Below are positions 1 to 11,000 of a DNA stretch of 64,000 bases, piece by piece. The stretch is taken from assembly GCA_024679065.1 (NCBI GenBank), contig JAGIQG010000013.1, forward strand, positions 35,092,001-35,156,000, in the 5' to 3' direction. The translations under genes were made by a program, and so were the position numbers. The notes under the pieces are model-generated. The model did not search any database. It saw nothing but the letters and a program-made list of their open reading frames with translations, and was not told where the DNA came from. Position 1 is the stretch's first letter, and every line of letters starts with the position of its first letter. This DNA comes from Sphyrna mokarran (Eukaryota).

Positions 1-7
1 ATCTTAC

Positions 8-465
8 CTGTGCGCTTTTGAGCAAAAGTCGCAGAGATTTGTTGAGCAGATGTGACACCTTCTTTCAGCATTTCCATCGTTACAAAGATCACAGACTATC
101 CTGCAGTCGGGTCTCTTCAGATTCTCTAGCAGAACTTCATTGAGAATCAGGTGATTACTGGTCAGGCCTCGCAGACCAGCAGCGGGGACTTGCACCTCAT
201 AATCACAGACTGGACACAGGACGCAGGCCCCAGGTTCAGTGCAGTCTAGAGATCCCCCGGATCCAGACTCACCTTCCCCCCGTATCCTGGGCACGGAGAA
301 CTGCTCCAAGCCTCTCACACAGTCCAGGCAGAATGTATGAAGGCAAGGTAAGATCTTGGGATCAGAGTAAACGTTTTTACACATCAAGCATTTCGTTCTG
401 CAGCTCCTTGGAGGTTCTGAACTTGTCGAGCACGGTGCAAAAATCTTTCCCAGACTCTCCGACAT
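8..465 (-). CDS. TRIM45: Tripartite motif protein 45, first coding exon (C3HC4 RING + B-box 1); gene continues off the left edge
   Basis: ATG at 465. CLMC...PCLHTFCLDC...CPVC RING; CDLC...RRCHICSTNLCDFCSKAHR B-box ending at a GTAAGA donor (7-2). Neighbour of TTF2, as in other vertebrates. Confidence 0.85.
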
Positions 466-1509
466 TTTTGGACAGCACACGCTAAATTAATTCAGTTTCT
501 AAATCCCAAATATATTAAAGTTCTTAGCATCCAAAAAAAAAACCAAGCATCCTAATTGGTTGATATCAATATTTAAATAAGATTTTAAATCTGAATTTTA
601 AATACTTTTGATTGATTCTACAGCTGTCTATTGATCTACAGAGTCGAAAATATGTATTTCATATTTTAAACCTTTCCACCCTTTTCCCTACACATCAAGG
701 CAAATTCCTAATAAAGACAATTAAAAATTCAGAGTGTTAATTCATTACCAGTACTTATAATTCTTAATTCGTATGAATTGTCGTCAAACGATCAAAGCTG
801 TTAAGTTTCCAACTACTTTGTAATTAATCGTTTAATTTACAGGCATTTTTCAACATTATAATGTAGACCACCAACTACATAGTATCAAACTGCACCGTTC
901 GAATGTCTTCCTACTAAATATAAAGTCAAACTTTTTCTAGTCTCAAGCCCCAACACATTCCCCGTTCTTTACTCAACCAGAACAACCAACTCCGGCAACT
1001 TTTGTTTCCCTATACTTTCCCTGTTGTTTGTGCAAAGTCAAGTTCTGCTGCAATCAAGTAAGAACGAGTTGTTAAATTAGACCACATTAAAATTTCCAAA
1101 GGGAAGAGAGTTCCAACGAAAACCTGAAAACTTTTCTCCCAAGTTCGTCACTTTCAAACATTCCCTAACTCTTCTTGTGATTGACGGACAGGCAAGTCAA
1201 TCAACAGCGTCTCACACCCACCCATCCACCAATCGAAAACAGGGAGGCTGGATTACCCAAAGCTCGGAACTTTTTCCCTGAGACGAGAGGTTCCTCCAAG
1301 CTTCAAGCAGTGGTGATTGGGCGCTGATGCCAATGCTGGTTGGAGGACTAGTGGCAAGGCATCGAGCCCATCCAAGTAGTTCCATGTGTGTTTACAAAAG
1401 TCAATTATACCTGTCATATTTGCACCAAAGTAAACCATTAAACATTTTGAAAATATAAAACAACATTTGTGAACAAATAAGTCAACATTTCATTGACGAA
1501 AGGCTTATC

Positions 1510-1680
1510 TCAATTGGTAGCATGCTCATCTCGGAATCAGAAGGTGGTGGGGTGAAGTCCCACTCTACCAAGTAATCTAAGGCTGTCATATCAGTGTAGG
1601 AATGAGTGAGGTTCCTTTGGTAGAAGAATCCACCTTTCAGATCAGACGGAAACCAAGGCTTTATATTCTCTGTAGAATGG
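1510..1680 (+). mobile_element. Degenerate tRNA-derived SINE (Deu/SacSINE-like)
   Basis: tggtagca...tcagaagg...agtcccactc head and cctttcagat...aaaccaagg central block; recognised by eye. Confidence 0.45.
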
Positions 1681-1899
1681 ACTCAAAATGTTGGGTGGAA
1701 TACTCAAAAAAATTCTAAGTGCTGAATTCGCTTAAAAACTGTAGTAAATCACACTGTCTTTTTTCCCCAGCAGGATTTTGAAAATGAATCTCCCCCACTC
1801 TGTGCATCACAGAGAGCCCTACTGTGTATCTAATTAAAAAGCTCTGGGTAAGGCCTATTCCCACTGCAGAGGCTGCATCATAGCATTGAACGAGCCACT

Positions 1900-2793
1900 G
1901 TGCATTCTCTGATCTGATGTGGAAATGCCGGCGTTGGATTGGGGTCAACACACTAAGAATTCCAACAACACTAGATTTAAGTCCAACCGATTAATTTGAT
2001 AATAAACTCACAAGTTTTCAAGGTTCCCCTCTTCGTCAGGTGAATGAAGCGTTCTGACCTCAGACAGCACATATAAAGCACAGACAGTTTACAGATCGTC
2101 AACATGGATGACATCATCACACATAAGAATACCATGCACCAGGTACACAGTACATACTCTTGCAACTCGGCCAACGTTGTCTACCTAATACGTTGCAAAA
2201 AAGGATGTCCCGAAATATGGTACATTAGGGAGACCATGCAGACACTACGACAGCAGATAAATGAACATTGCTTGACAATCACCAGGCAAGACTATTCCCT
2301 TCCTGTTGGCGAACACTTCAGTGGTCACGGGCATTCGGCCTCCGACCTTCACATAAGCATTCTCCAAGGTGGTCTTCACGATACATGACAGCGCAGAGTC
2401 GCTGAGCAGAGACTGATAGTCAAGTTCCACACACGAGGACGGTCTCAACAGGGATCTTGGCTTCATGTCACTATCTGTAATCCCCATGACTTGCCTAGGT
2501 TTGCAAAACCTCATTTGCTGTACTGTCTGGAGACAATACACATCTCTTTAACCTGTGCTCAGTGCTCCGTCCACTCACATTGTTAGCCACTTTAAGACTT
2601 GAATAGGTGTAAAGATTAGCATTCTAATCAGTAATCTGTAAACTGTCTGTGCTGTTGTATGTATGTCTGAGGCCAGAACTCTTCGTTCACCTCATAAAGA
2701 GGGGAACCTCGAAAGCTTGTCAATTTACTCTCAAATAAATTGATTGGACTTAAACCTGGTGTTGTCAGACTTCTTATTGCATTCTCTGATCTG
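1900..2793. mobile_element. 5'-truncated Penelope-like insertion: inverted terminal (pLTR) segment ~1915-2095, then GIY-YIG 3' end and pLTR on +
   Basis: ORF 2104-2388 ([21 protein letters not shown]) matches the endonuclease of the 53-55 kb element. 16-bp direct repeat TGCATTCTCTGATCTG at 1901-1916 and 2778-2793 (TSD). Confidence 0.9.
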
Positions 2794-3059
2794 TCATTGA
2801 GGCCTGTGGGATAGCACTGCTGGCCTCCCAATCTCTGGCCAGCACAGCATCCTGCCATCACTGATCGTACACGCCCCTCTACTGCCCACCACCACCACCC
2901 AATCACTTCCTCCTGAACATGTGCGGGCCAGCCCTGAACATCCCCGCCACCTCCCCTACCTCCCCTCTGGCCAGCCTCCCCTTCAGCTCGCCTCAATCCT
3001 CCACCACCTCTCCCTCTCCCCACTCTCCGGCAGTCCATTTTGGCAAGTAAGGTTTTGTG

Positions 3060-3500
3060 AAAAGCATGTTATCTAAATGATCAGAGATTGCAGAACTCTG
3101 AGATTTAGAGGGATTTAGGAGCCCTACTGCAAAATCACAAAAAGCCAGTATACAGGTAAAGCTAATAGAATGTTAGTAATTACAAAGAGAATTGAATGCA
3201 AAATAGAGAGGTCATGCTTCAATTATACAAAGCATTAATGAGACCACATTTGGAATATTGTGTACAATATTGGTCTCATTTAAGGAAGGATATAAATACA
3301 TCAGACGCAGTTCAGGAAAGGTTCATTAAATTAATATCTCTATTGGAGCGGGGGGGTGTTGTCTTGTGAGAAAAGGTTTGACAGGATAGGCTTGTATCTG
3401 CAGGAGTTTAGAAGAGGAAGAGGTGACTTGATTGAAACAAATAAAGTTCTGAAGGGCCTTGAGAGGATGGATTTGGAAAGAATGTTTCCTATTGTGGGAG
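3060..3500 (+). mobile_element. Old CR1 LINE ORF2 3' fragment
   Basis: Degenerate [12 protein letters not shown] / RRGDLIE-coding sequence similar to the CR1 at 13800-14100. Confidence 0.75.
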
Positions 3501-4479
3501 CAATAATATAGATTCCAATAATTTTATCAATTTAGCTTCCACCTAGGAGAAAATGATGCTAATGTTTTATATTTTTATATTCTTCAATAAGTTGCTGTAC
3601 TTTTCAAAAACATTTTTACCAAAGAACATGATCATCATACCGTGATGGTTTTGAGGAGTGCTTCCAAGAATAGTATGTTTTGAAGAAAGTTTATTATATT
3701 GCCATCTGGTGACCAATGGTTTTGGCACTTTATCCTTCCACTTTAATTTGAATGTTAATTTGTAATAACACTGTAGTCATTGATATGGTGGCATTGTCGA
3801 GAAAACAATGTGGTTCACCCCTCCTGATTTTCTGTTAAGAATTCAGCCAAAGATAATTCTATTTTTAAAAGAACTAGAACTCAGTAAGACGCAGAATAAT
3901 GTTGTTTATGTGAACACCTATTGTCTCATTCCTTTGAACAGTGCATTACATATTTCAGATAGATGGCAATTTTAAAACCACTGTGTATACTGTGGCACTC
4001 AGTTTGGTCACACGCTATAGTCACCAGCCTTCACTAAACATCACAAGTTTCAAATTGCTACTATATTTTTGTCAGCCTCTTGGTTTTATGTGGTTAGGCC
4101 TACATGTTAACTACAAAACTGAAAGATTTTATTCAGACTGAGTTCTTAAATACAGTATAAGAGAAAAAAAAACATCTGCAGTCCACAAACTAATCACCTC
4201 CAGTTATTTTACATTTCTTTTCTTTTAACTTTTTTTTTGCTATGGGCATTGCATGCTGGCATAGAGTAACATCTCTAACCAAAGTGCAGAGTTCCTCCAG
4301 AGAAACAGGCAGCCAATGGGCGTCGAACAGATTTATACAATAGAAAAGGAATACATTCATTGTAGAAGCAAAATATAATCTAACCAATATGATGTTCTAG
4401 TAAATGTTATCACCCAGTCACTATGCCCCCAACTCCCTCTGGCATTGCTGCAAAGTCACTAAAAAAACTAACACAAAGT

Positions 4480-4830
4480 GGGCAACATGGTAGCACAATG
4501 GTTAGCACTGTTAGCAATTCACAGCTCCAGGATCCTGGGTTCGATTCGCAGCTCGGGTCACTGTCTGTGTGGAGTTTGCACTTTCTCTTCATGTCTGCAT
4601 GGGTTTCCTCTGGGTATGCGGTTTCCTCCCACATCCAAAAATGTGTGTGTTATGTTGATTGGCCGTGCTAAGAAATTGCCCCTTAGTGTCCAGGGATGCG
4701 TAGGTTAGACGGGATTAGTGGGTAAAATATGTAGGGATATGGGGATTGGGCCTGGTTGGGATTGTGTTTGATACAGACTCGATGGCTGAAGGGCCTCTTT
4801 CTGCATCGTATGGTTCTATGATTCTATGAA
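4480..4830 (+). mobile_element. HE1-like V-SINE
   Basis: tRNA-like head (tggttagcactg...gggttcgattc), V core (ggagtttgca...gggtttcctc...ggtttcctcccaca), CR1-type tail ending ttctatgattctatg. Confidence 0.85.
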
Positions 4831-5109
4831 AGTAAAGCTCCACACCAAGATGTACTCATTTCTAGATGTGGAAATGTGATAGAAAGTGAAGGTAATTTGT
4901 TGGAAAAGTAATTGGGTGACCATCTTATTGAGAAAAGAGTGGAGATTATTTTATTGGTGTATACTGAAATCACTCCACCATGGGGATATAGGACATGGTT
5001 TAGCCAGTTATGTTTATTTAATGGTGTCACAAATAGGCTCACATCAGCACTGCAATGAAGTTACTGTCAAAATCTCCGAGTCATCACCCTCTGGCACCTA
5101 TTTGGGTAC

Positions 5110-5300
5110 AATGAGAGAAAAATTAGCATGGTCAATGCACCTTGGTCTTTTGGACCAAGGTAGGAAGCCAGAGCACCTGAAGGAAACCTATACAGGCATA
5201 GGGAGAATATGCAGGCTCCACATAGCCTGTGACCCAAGCCGCAAATCGAATCCAGGTCGCTGGCACTGTGAGCAGCAGTGCTGACTACTGTGCCACCCAC
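5110..5300 (-). mobile_element. HE1-like V-SINE fragment
   Basis: Reverse complement of the same head and V core. Confidence 0.7.
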
Positions 5301-6634
5301 ATGTGAAGGTTGGCAGCTGAAGCAGGTTCTATTCTTTGGCTAGCTGAACAGATTAAGTGTGTTAATATATTCTTAAATTGACTATTTAATTTCCTGCTGA
5401 TTCATGGAACTTTTTTGAGATGTTTCAACTTTTTTGGTTTTAGTGCGATGAGAACTCTGACCAAGAATCTGATTCATAAGTTACACAGGTACCTTTGAAT
5501 TAATGCAAGTGCAAAGAATTTTGTCAAAACTCAATCTCCCCAAATAGTTAAAATGAAAGTCTGGAAGTTGCTGTCCATAGTTTGCTACTCCACTGAAAAA
5601 TATGTAATAACGGCATATGGAAGTATATTGAATGAGATGAAATTCCTGTACTTGGTACTTGTGTGTTAGATATGGGCTAAGCTCAGTAAAAAAAAGAGAG
5701 CTTGTGTACACCAATCTAAGTAACCATTGACACAGTAACTTTTAGTTGCATTTAAAAAAAAACTCCCAGCATTGAAAATTCACGTTTGCGAGTTTGGAGA
5801 GCTTTTTTTAAAAATCTTTTAATTATTATTGGAGATTTAAAAGACATTTAAATGCTTCAACATATATTCTTCCCATTTCATTTTATTTTCTGTACATCAT
5901 TTTGAAGATAAATTTTCTAAGTTGCATTTCCAGATGTAGGGCAGATTTTTCCCATCCCACCCGCCACAGGAATTGTAGCATGCAGGACATAGTCCATGCA
6001 AAGGTCCATTGCTGGGGGTGGGATTTTCTGGCATTGGGGTGAGCACAGCTGGAACTTCCTGCCCTTAGACTCTAATTATCTCAGTGAGATTTTTGGTTCA
6101 TTAATGACTTTTAGTGGAGAGAATCTGCCGTCTTTACCTGATCTGGCCCACATGTGACTCTAGACCAACTACACTGTGGTTCAGTATTAACTGCCCTCTG
6201 AAATGGCCTAACAAATCATTCCATTCAAAGGCTATTGGGGATGGGCAATAAATACTGGTCCAGCCAGTAACACCCACATCTCCTGAAGGAATTTTTTTTA
6301 AAAATTCAGTTATAATCTCCCTTCACTTGTCATATAGTCATAGAGGTTTACAGCATGGAAACAGGACCTTCCATCCAGTTTTTAACATTTGGTTACTTCC
6401 AGTTGCTTGTGCTTAGCATATATCCCTCTCCCAATCGTACCCATGTAACTGTTTTCAATGTTCTGAACATGTGCTGGTCGGTCCTGAACATCCCCGCCAC
6501 CTCCCCTACCTCCCCTCTGGCCAGCCTCCCCTCCAGCTCGCCTCAATCCTCCACCACCTTGCTGTTTATTAGTTTATTGTGGATGATGGTACAAGAGAAG
6601 CAAAGAGATCGACACTGGTGACACATCCCAACTA

Positions 6635-6890
6635 CATAGTAGCACAGTGGTTAGCACTACTATTTTACAACATCAGGTTTGATTCCCAGCTTAGGTCACT
6701 GTCTGTATGTAGTTTGCATATTCTCTCCGTGTCTGTGTGTGTTTCCTCTGGGTGCTCTGGTTTTTCTCCCACGTTCTGAAAGATGTGCTGGTTACGTGCA
6801 TTGACTCGAACAATCAATTCGGGGATTTTCACAGTAACTTCATTGCAGTGTTAATGTAAGCCTTCCTTGTGACTAATAAATAAACTTTAT
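6635..6890 (+). mobile_element. V-SINE variant with an alternative tail (second copy at ~16955-17215)
   Basis: V core followed by cacagtaacttcattgcagtgttaatgtaagcc...aataaataaac, shared with 17160-17210. Confidence 0.8.
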
Positions 6891-7249
6891 TTTATCCTAT
6901 TCCTCCCTCACCCAGTTTGATGAAGGGTCCCTGCCGAAAATGTTGATCTGCTTCCACTCTTGACACACACAAAGGCCCACTCCACATCAACAGTGTTCTC
7001 TCCTATAAAAATATGTAGGATCTAGTAAAGTCAACATAGACTTCAAAATTGCATAGAAGAAAGAGATATGTCATTGAGGTTCACTGTGGGAGTATTATGA
7101 AAGTCATGGGAATTGGTTACATGTACAAATAAAACACAAGTCTTTGGCAAAGTGGCCAGCTATCCTGTGTTAGAAGAGAGTTCTGAACTCTGAACTAGCT
7201 TAGGTGAGGGATTTTCAGTCACAGATTAACCATATATACAAGTTTAACG

Positions 7250-7630
7250 GTTGTGATTGTAGCCCAGTCCATCACTCAAACCAACCTCCCATCCATTGAC
7301 ATTGCTTCAGAAAAGCAGCAAGCATAATCAAGGATGCCACACAACACAGACACGCTCTCATCACTTTCTTCTGTCTAAAAGAATACAAAAGTCTGAGGCC
7401 ACATACCAACTAATTCAAGAATAGCTTCTTCCCTGTTGCCATCAGGCTTTTGAATGGACGACCTTATATTAAATTGATCTTTTTCCACACCTTAGCTATG
7501 ACTGTAATATTACATTCTGCACCCTCTCCTTTCTTTCTCCACTATGTACTCTATGAACTCCACACAGCACACAAAAAACACTTTTCACTGCGCAATATCT
7601 GTGACAATCAAACCAAATTAAATCTATACT
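7250..7630 (+). mobile_element. Rex1/Babar-like LINE 3' fragment
   Basis: Similar to the reverse complement of 21330-21800 (agcccagtccatca...aacctc...ccattgac; agcttcttccct). Confidence 0.6.
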
Positions 7631-7829
7631 GTGCCTGAAGCTTTTCCTCACTAACCCGATGCCATGTCCAGTCTCCATTCCCAGTGTCTGAAATCTCCAA
7701 TCAGGTTTTAAGCACTTTCATTGTGCACTGTTTTAGAAAGATTCCTTGTCCCATTCATTGAACGATTTCAGTTTGAGTTAATCTAATTATCTTGGTGTCA
7801 GTTCTGTTCCTTGTCCTGAGCGCAGGCCC

Positions 7830-7980
7830 CTTGCTCTCTGAGTCAGGCAGTGGTAAATTGTCCACACGCACCTCCTGAGTGACAACTGATGTGACGTACC
7901 GGGCGCTACAACCTCAAGAACCTTCCAGTGATTTTTCTTTTTTTCAGAATACCAGCAGCTCTGTAACACCGGTGAGAGAG
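7830..7980 (+). promoter_or_regulatory. Putative promoter of the VJ-C1 receptor gene
   Basis: AP-1 TGAGTCA 7839-7845, E-box CAACTG 7883-7888, CRE-like TGACGTA 7892-7898, all within 150 nt of the ATG; motif matches only. Confidence 0.4.
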
Positions 7981-8026
7981 ATGGGTGCAGTTGGATACAT
8001 TCTCAAACTCTGCCTCTGTGTCGTAG
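7981..8026 (+). CDS. VJ-C1 receptor exon 1: signal peptide [15 protein letters not shown](G)
   Basis: ATG, hydrophobic core, phase-1 donor G|GTAAGG, 91-nt intron as in Ig/TCR split leaders. Confidence 0.85.
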
Positions 8027-11000
8027 GTAAGGATTTACTTGGACTCCAGTTAACAGTAATTCTGGTTGTACTCAGATTATTTGGGTTTAATTATTATGCT
8101 ATAATTTTATGTTTCAGGACCTGTTGTCGGCCTGAACGTGACTCAGTTTCCTTCAGTTCTGTCCCTCCTGACAGGACAGACAGCTCGAATAAGTTGCACC
8201 CTGATACCCGGAGAGGAGCGGGTGGGTGAGATGAGATATTATTGGTATAGGGCAAGAGACAACCCGAACATCAGAGGCAACGCATCCAAGAATAACCTCC
8301 AGAAAAGCTCTCGCCTGTCCCCATCTGAGGGTTCACTTGTCATTCGGCAGGTGACTCTGGACGATTCCGACACTTACCACTGCGTGGTTCTTAGAGTGGC
8401 CCCTAAGCCCTGGAAAAACTTTGTAGGAGAAGGAACAAAACTGAACATTCAAGGTAATTAGAAAATAAAAACAGAAAATACTCTTCAGCTCCGACAGTCT
8501 CTGTGGAGACAGAACTGATTTAACATTTCAGATAAATGACCCGGCTAATAAATTTTTAAATGATGACATCTCTACCTTCTTCCAGTTCTGGCATCCGCAG
8601 TGAAAAGTTTTTGGAGGGGGGAGATAGAGAGAAACTATTCCCACTGGAGGCAGTGTCCAGTACCATAGAATACTGATTTAAGACCAATGTCAAAAGTAGC
8701 AGAGGTCACAAAGGAATTTATATTTTCTTACTGTGGAATACACTGTCGGAGAGGCGTTAAGAGAGTACATATTCGTGACTATTGTAAAAATCTGGAGCGG
8801 GACTCGCTGAGTTATGCCACATGGCCAAATAGCCTCCTCCTGTGCTCTAACCATTCTGATTCACCAATTAGATTAAGGCTCACTGAAATAGTACGATATG
8901 TGGATAAAAAAAACACAAGTCTAACCTGAAGTGGCATGCTCTGTGTACTGGGGCTAGAGTGAACATACCCGCCTTTAGCTTTATTGTCACAATAACCACG
9001 GGGGCTTTCAGATCATCTTCAAAACTTAGTTTGAAGAAAAACGGCCAAAAGACAAAGTTGTGTAATATTGACATCAGTCCTAACAGCGGAATATAATTTA
9101 TCTAACAAGCGGATTGCAAAGAGAGAAACCGGTCTATGTGAAATAATTATCTTTTTTTTACATTTCATTAACAATGCGGCTCCAAAAAACACAAACTGAA
9201 TTTGTGCCCGAATTACACTTATTACAAGGTCACTGCGTTGCATTTTCCTTCCTTGTTTTGTAATTAATCAAACAAATTCTGCAGTTTTTATCAAAGTTGT
9301 ACAGAGTTAAATCTTTCTTGCAGTCGTTCTGTGTATTTTACAACGAAGATTGATAGATTTTTTTAATATTTTGTTCATTTAGCCAAACCTGAAATCTCTC
9401 TTTCTGCGGATCCCGAGAAAGAAACAGTTGGATTTCCATCTCTGATTTGTTTGGCTGCGGGGTTTTTTCCCAGTAATCTGAGCATTTCCTGGATTGTTGA
9501 GGGAGATGTCTCCTATCAAACTGAACAGGGCTTGCTGATAGTAAACAGTGACGGCAGCTACAACCTGAGCTCCCGGCTGCACATTATAGACACTCACTGG
9601 GACCAGGGAACCACCGTCATTTGTGAGGTTCAACACATCACACTCCCTGAGCCAGAGAGGATACGTTTCAGCCATAGCAGAGGTAAGTGATTCAAATAAA
9701 TTAGAAAGATCGAAATTAAGATTAGGAACAGAAAGCATGCTAATAGCAGGTGTCAGGTAGAAAACCCATTAGTGAATCATGAGGCATACAGAAGGTTCAG
9801 AGGGGAGGTGGAAAAACACGAGAGAAACGGGAGGGATTATGAGAAAAAATTGAGATTAAGTTGTGTAGGGCCCCTTCGGGATGAGCGGCCATAATATGAT
9901 AGAATTATTCATCAAGAGTTGATTTTGAGGTCCTGAATCTAAAAGAAAGTACGATGGCAGGAGGTGTGAGTTGGCAATGATGGTTTGGGAAACGTTATTT
10001 AAAAGGGATGATGGTAGATAGACATTGGCAAAGATTCAAAGAGCACATTGGTGACCCCCAACATTTGTTCATTCCAATCTGATGCAAAATTAAAATGGAA
10101 AAGTTGGCCAAACCATTGGCTTAGGAAAGAAATTAGAGATACTATTAGATCCAAAGAAGAGGCATACAATCTGACCAGGAAAAAAACAACAGCCCTGAGG
10201 ATTGGGAGCTGTTTAAAATTCAACAATCGAGGACAAAATGATTGATTAAGAAGGGATAAATGGAGTATGAAAGTTAGCTTGTAGAGAACAGAGAGAGGGA
10301 TTGTTTGAACTCATGGCTGCGGGGATGGTGCAGGAGGGAGGGGTTCAGGTTCCTGAACAATTGGGACTCATTCTGGGATAGGTGGGACCTCTACAAGAGA
10401 GATGGTCTACACCTGAACCAGAGGGGAACCAATATCTTGGGGGGAAAATTTGCAAAGGCTATGCAGGGGGCTTTAAACTGATTCAGAGGGGGGGTGGGAT
10501 CCTGAGTAGTTGGGGTGCTAAGAGGGACGAGAATAGGGGGGTCATAGAGGAGAACTGTAAAACACAGCAGCGTACGGGTGGAGTAGGGCATGGTTTGAAA
10601 TGCGTATACTTTAATGCAAGAAGTATTCGCAGTAAGGTGGAGGAACTTGCAGCTTGGACCAGTACCTGGAACTTCGATGTTGTGGCCATTTCAGAGACTT
10701 GGGTAGAGCAGGGACAGGAATGGTTGTTGCAGGTTCCGGGGTTCAAATGCTTCAGTCGGAGTAGAGAAGGAGGTAGAAGGGGGGGAGGAGTGGCATTATT
10801 AGTCAAAGACTGTATCACAGTGACAGAAAAGAAGTTTGATGAGGACTTGTCTGTTGAGGTAGTATGGGCTGAGATTAGAAACAGGAGAGGAGAGGTCACC
10901 CTGTTGGGAGTCTTTTATAGACCTCCTAAAAGCTCTAGAGAGGTAGAGGAAAGGATTGCAAAGTCGATCCTGGACAGGAGTGAAAGTAATAGGGTAATTG

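Noticed and set aside
1170-1330. CCAAT boxes (1229-1233, ATTGG 1316-1320) as the TRIM45 promoter
   Set aside because: Plausible, but the 5' UTR exon structure and TSS cannot be fixed from sequence alone.
8118-8620. Rearranging V segment of an Ig or TCR cluster
   Set aside because: The V runs straight into the J-like strand and a splice donor; no CACAGTG-spacer-ACAAAAACC after the second Cys, and no D/J segments found before C1.
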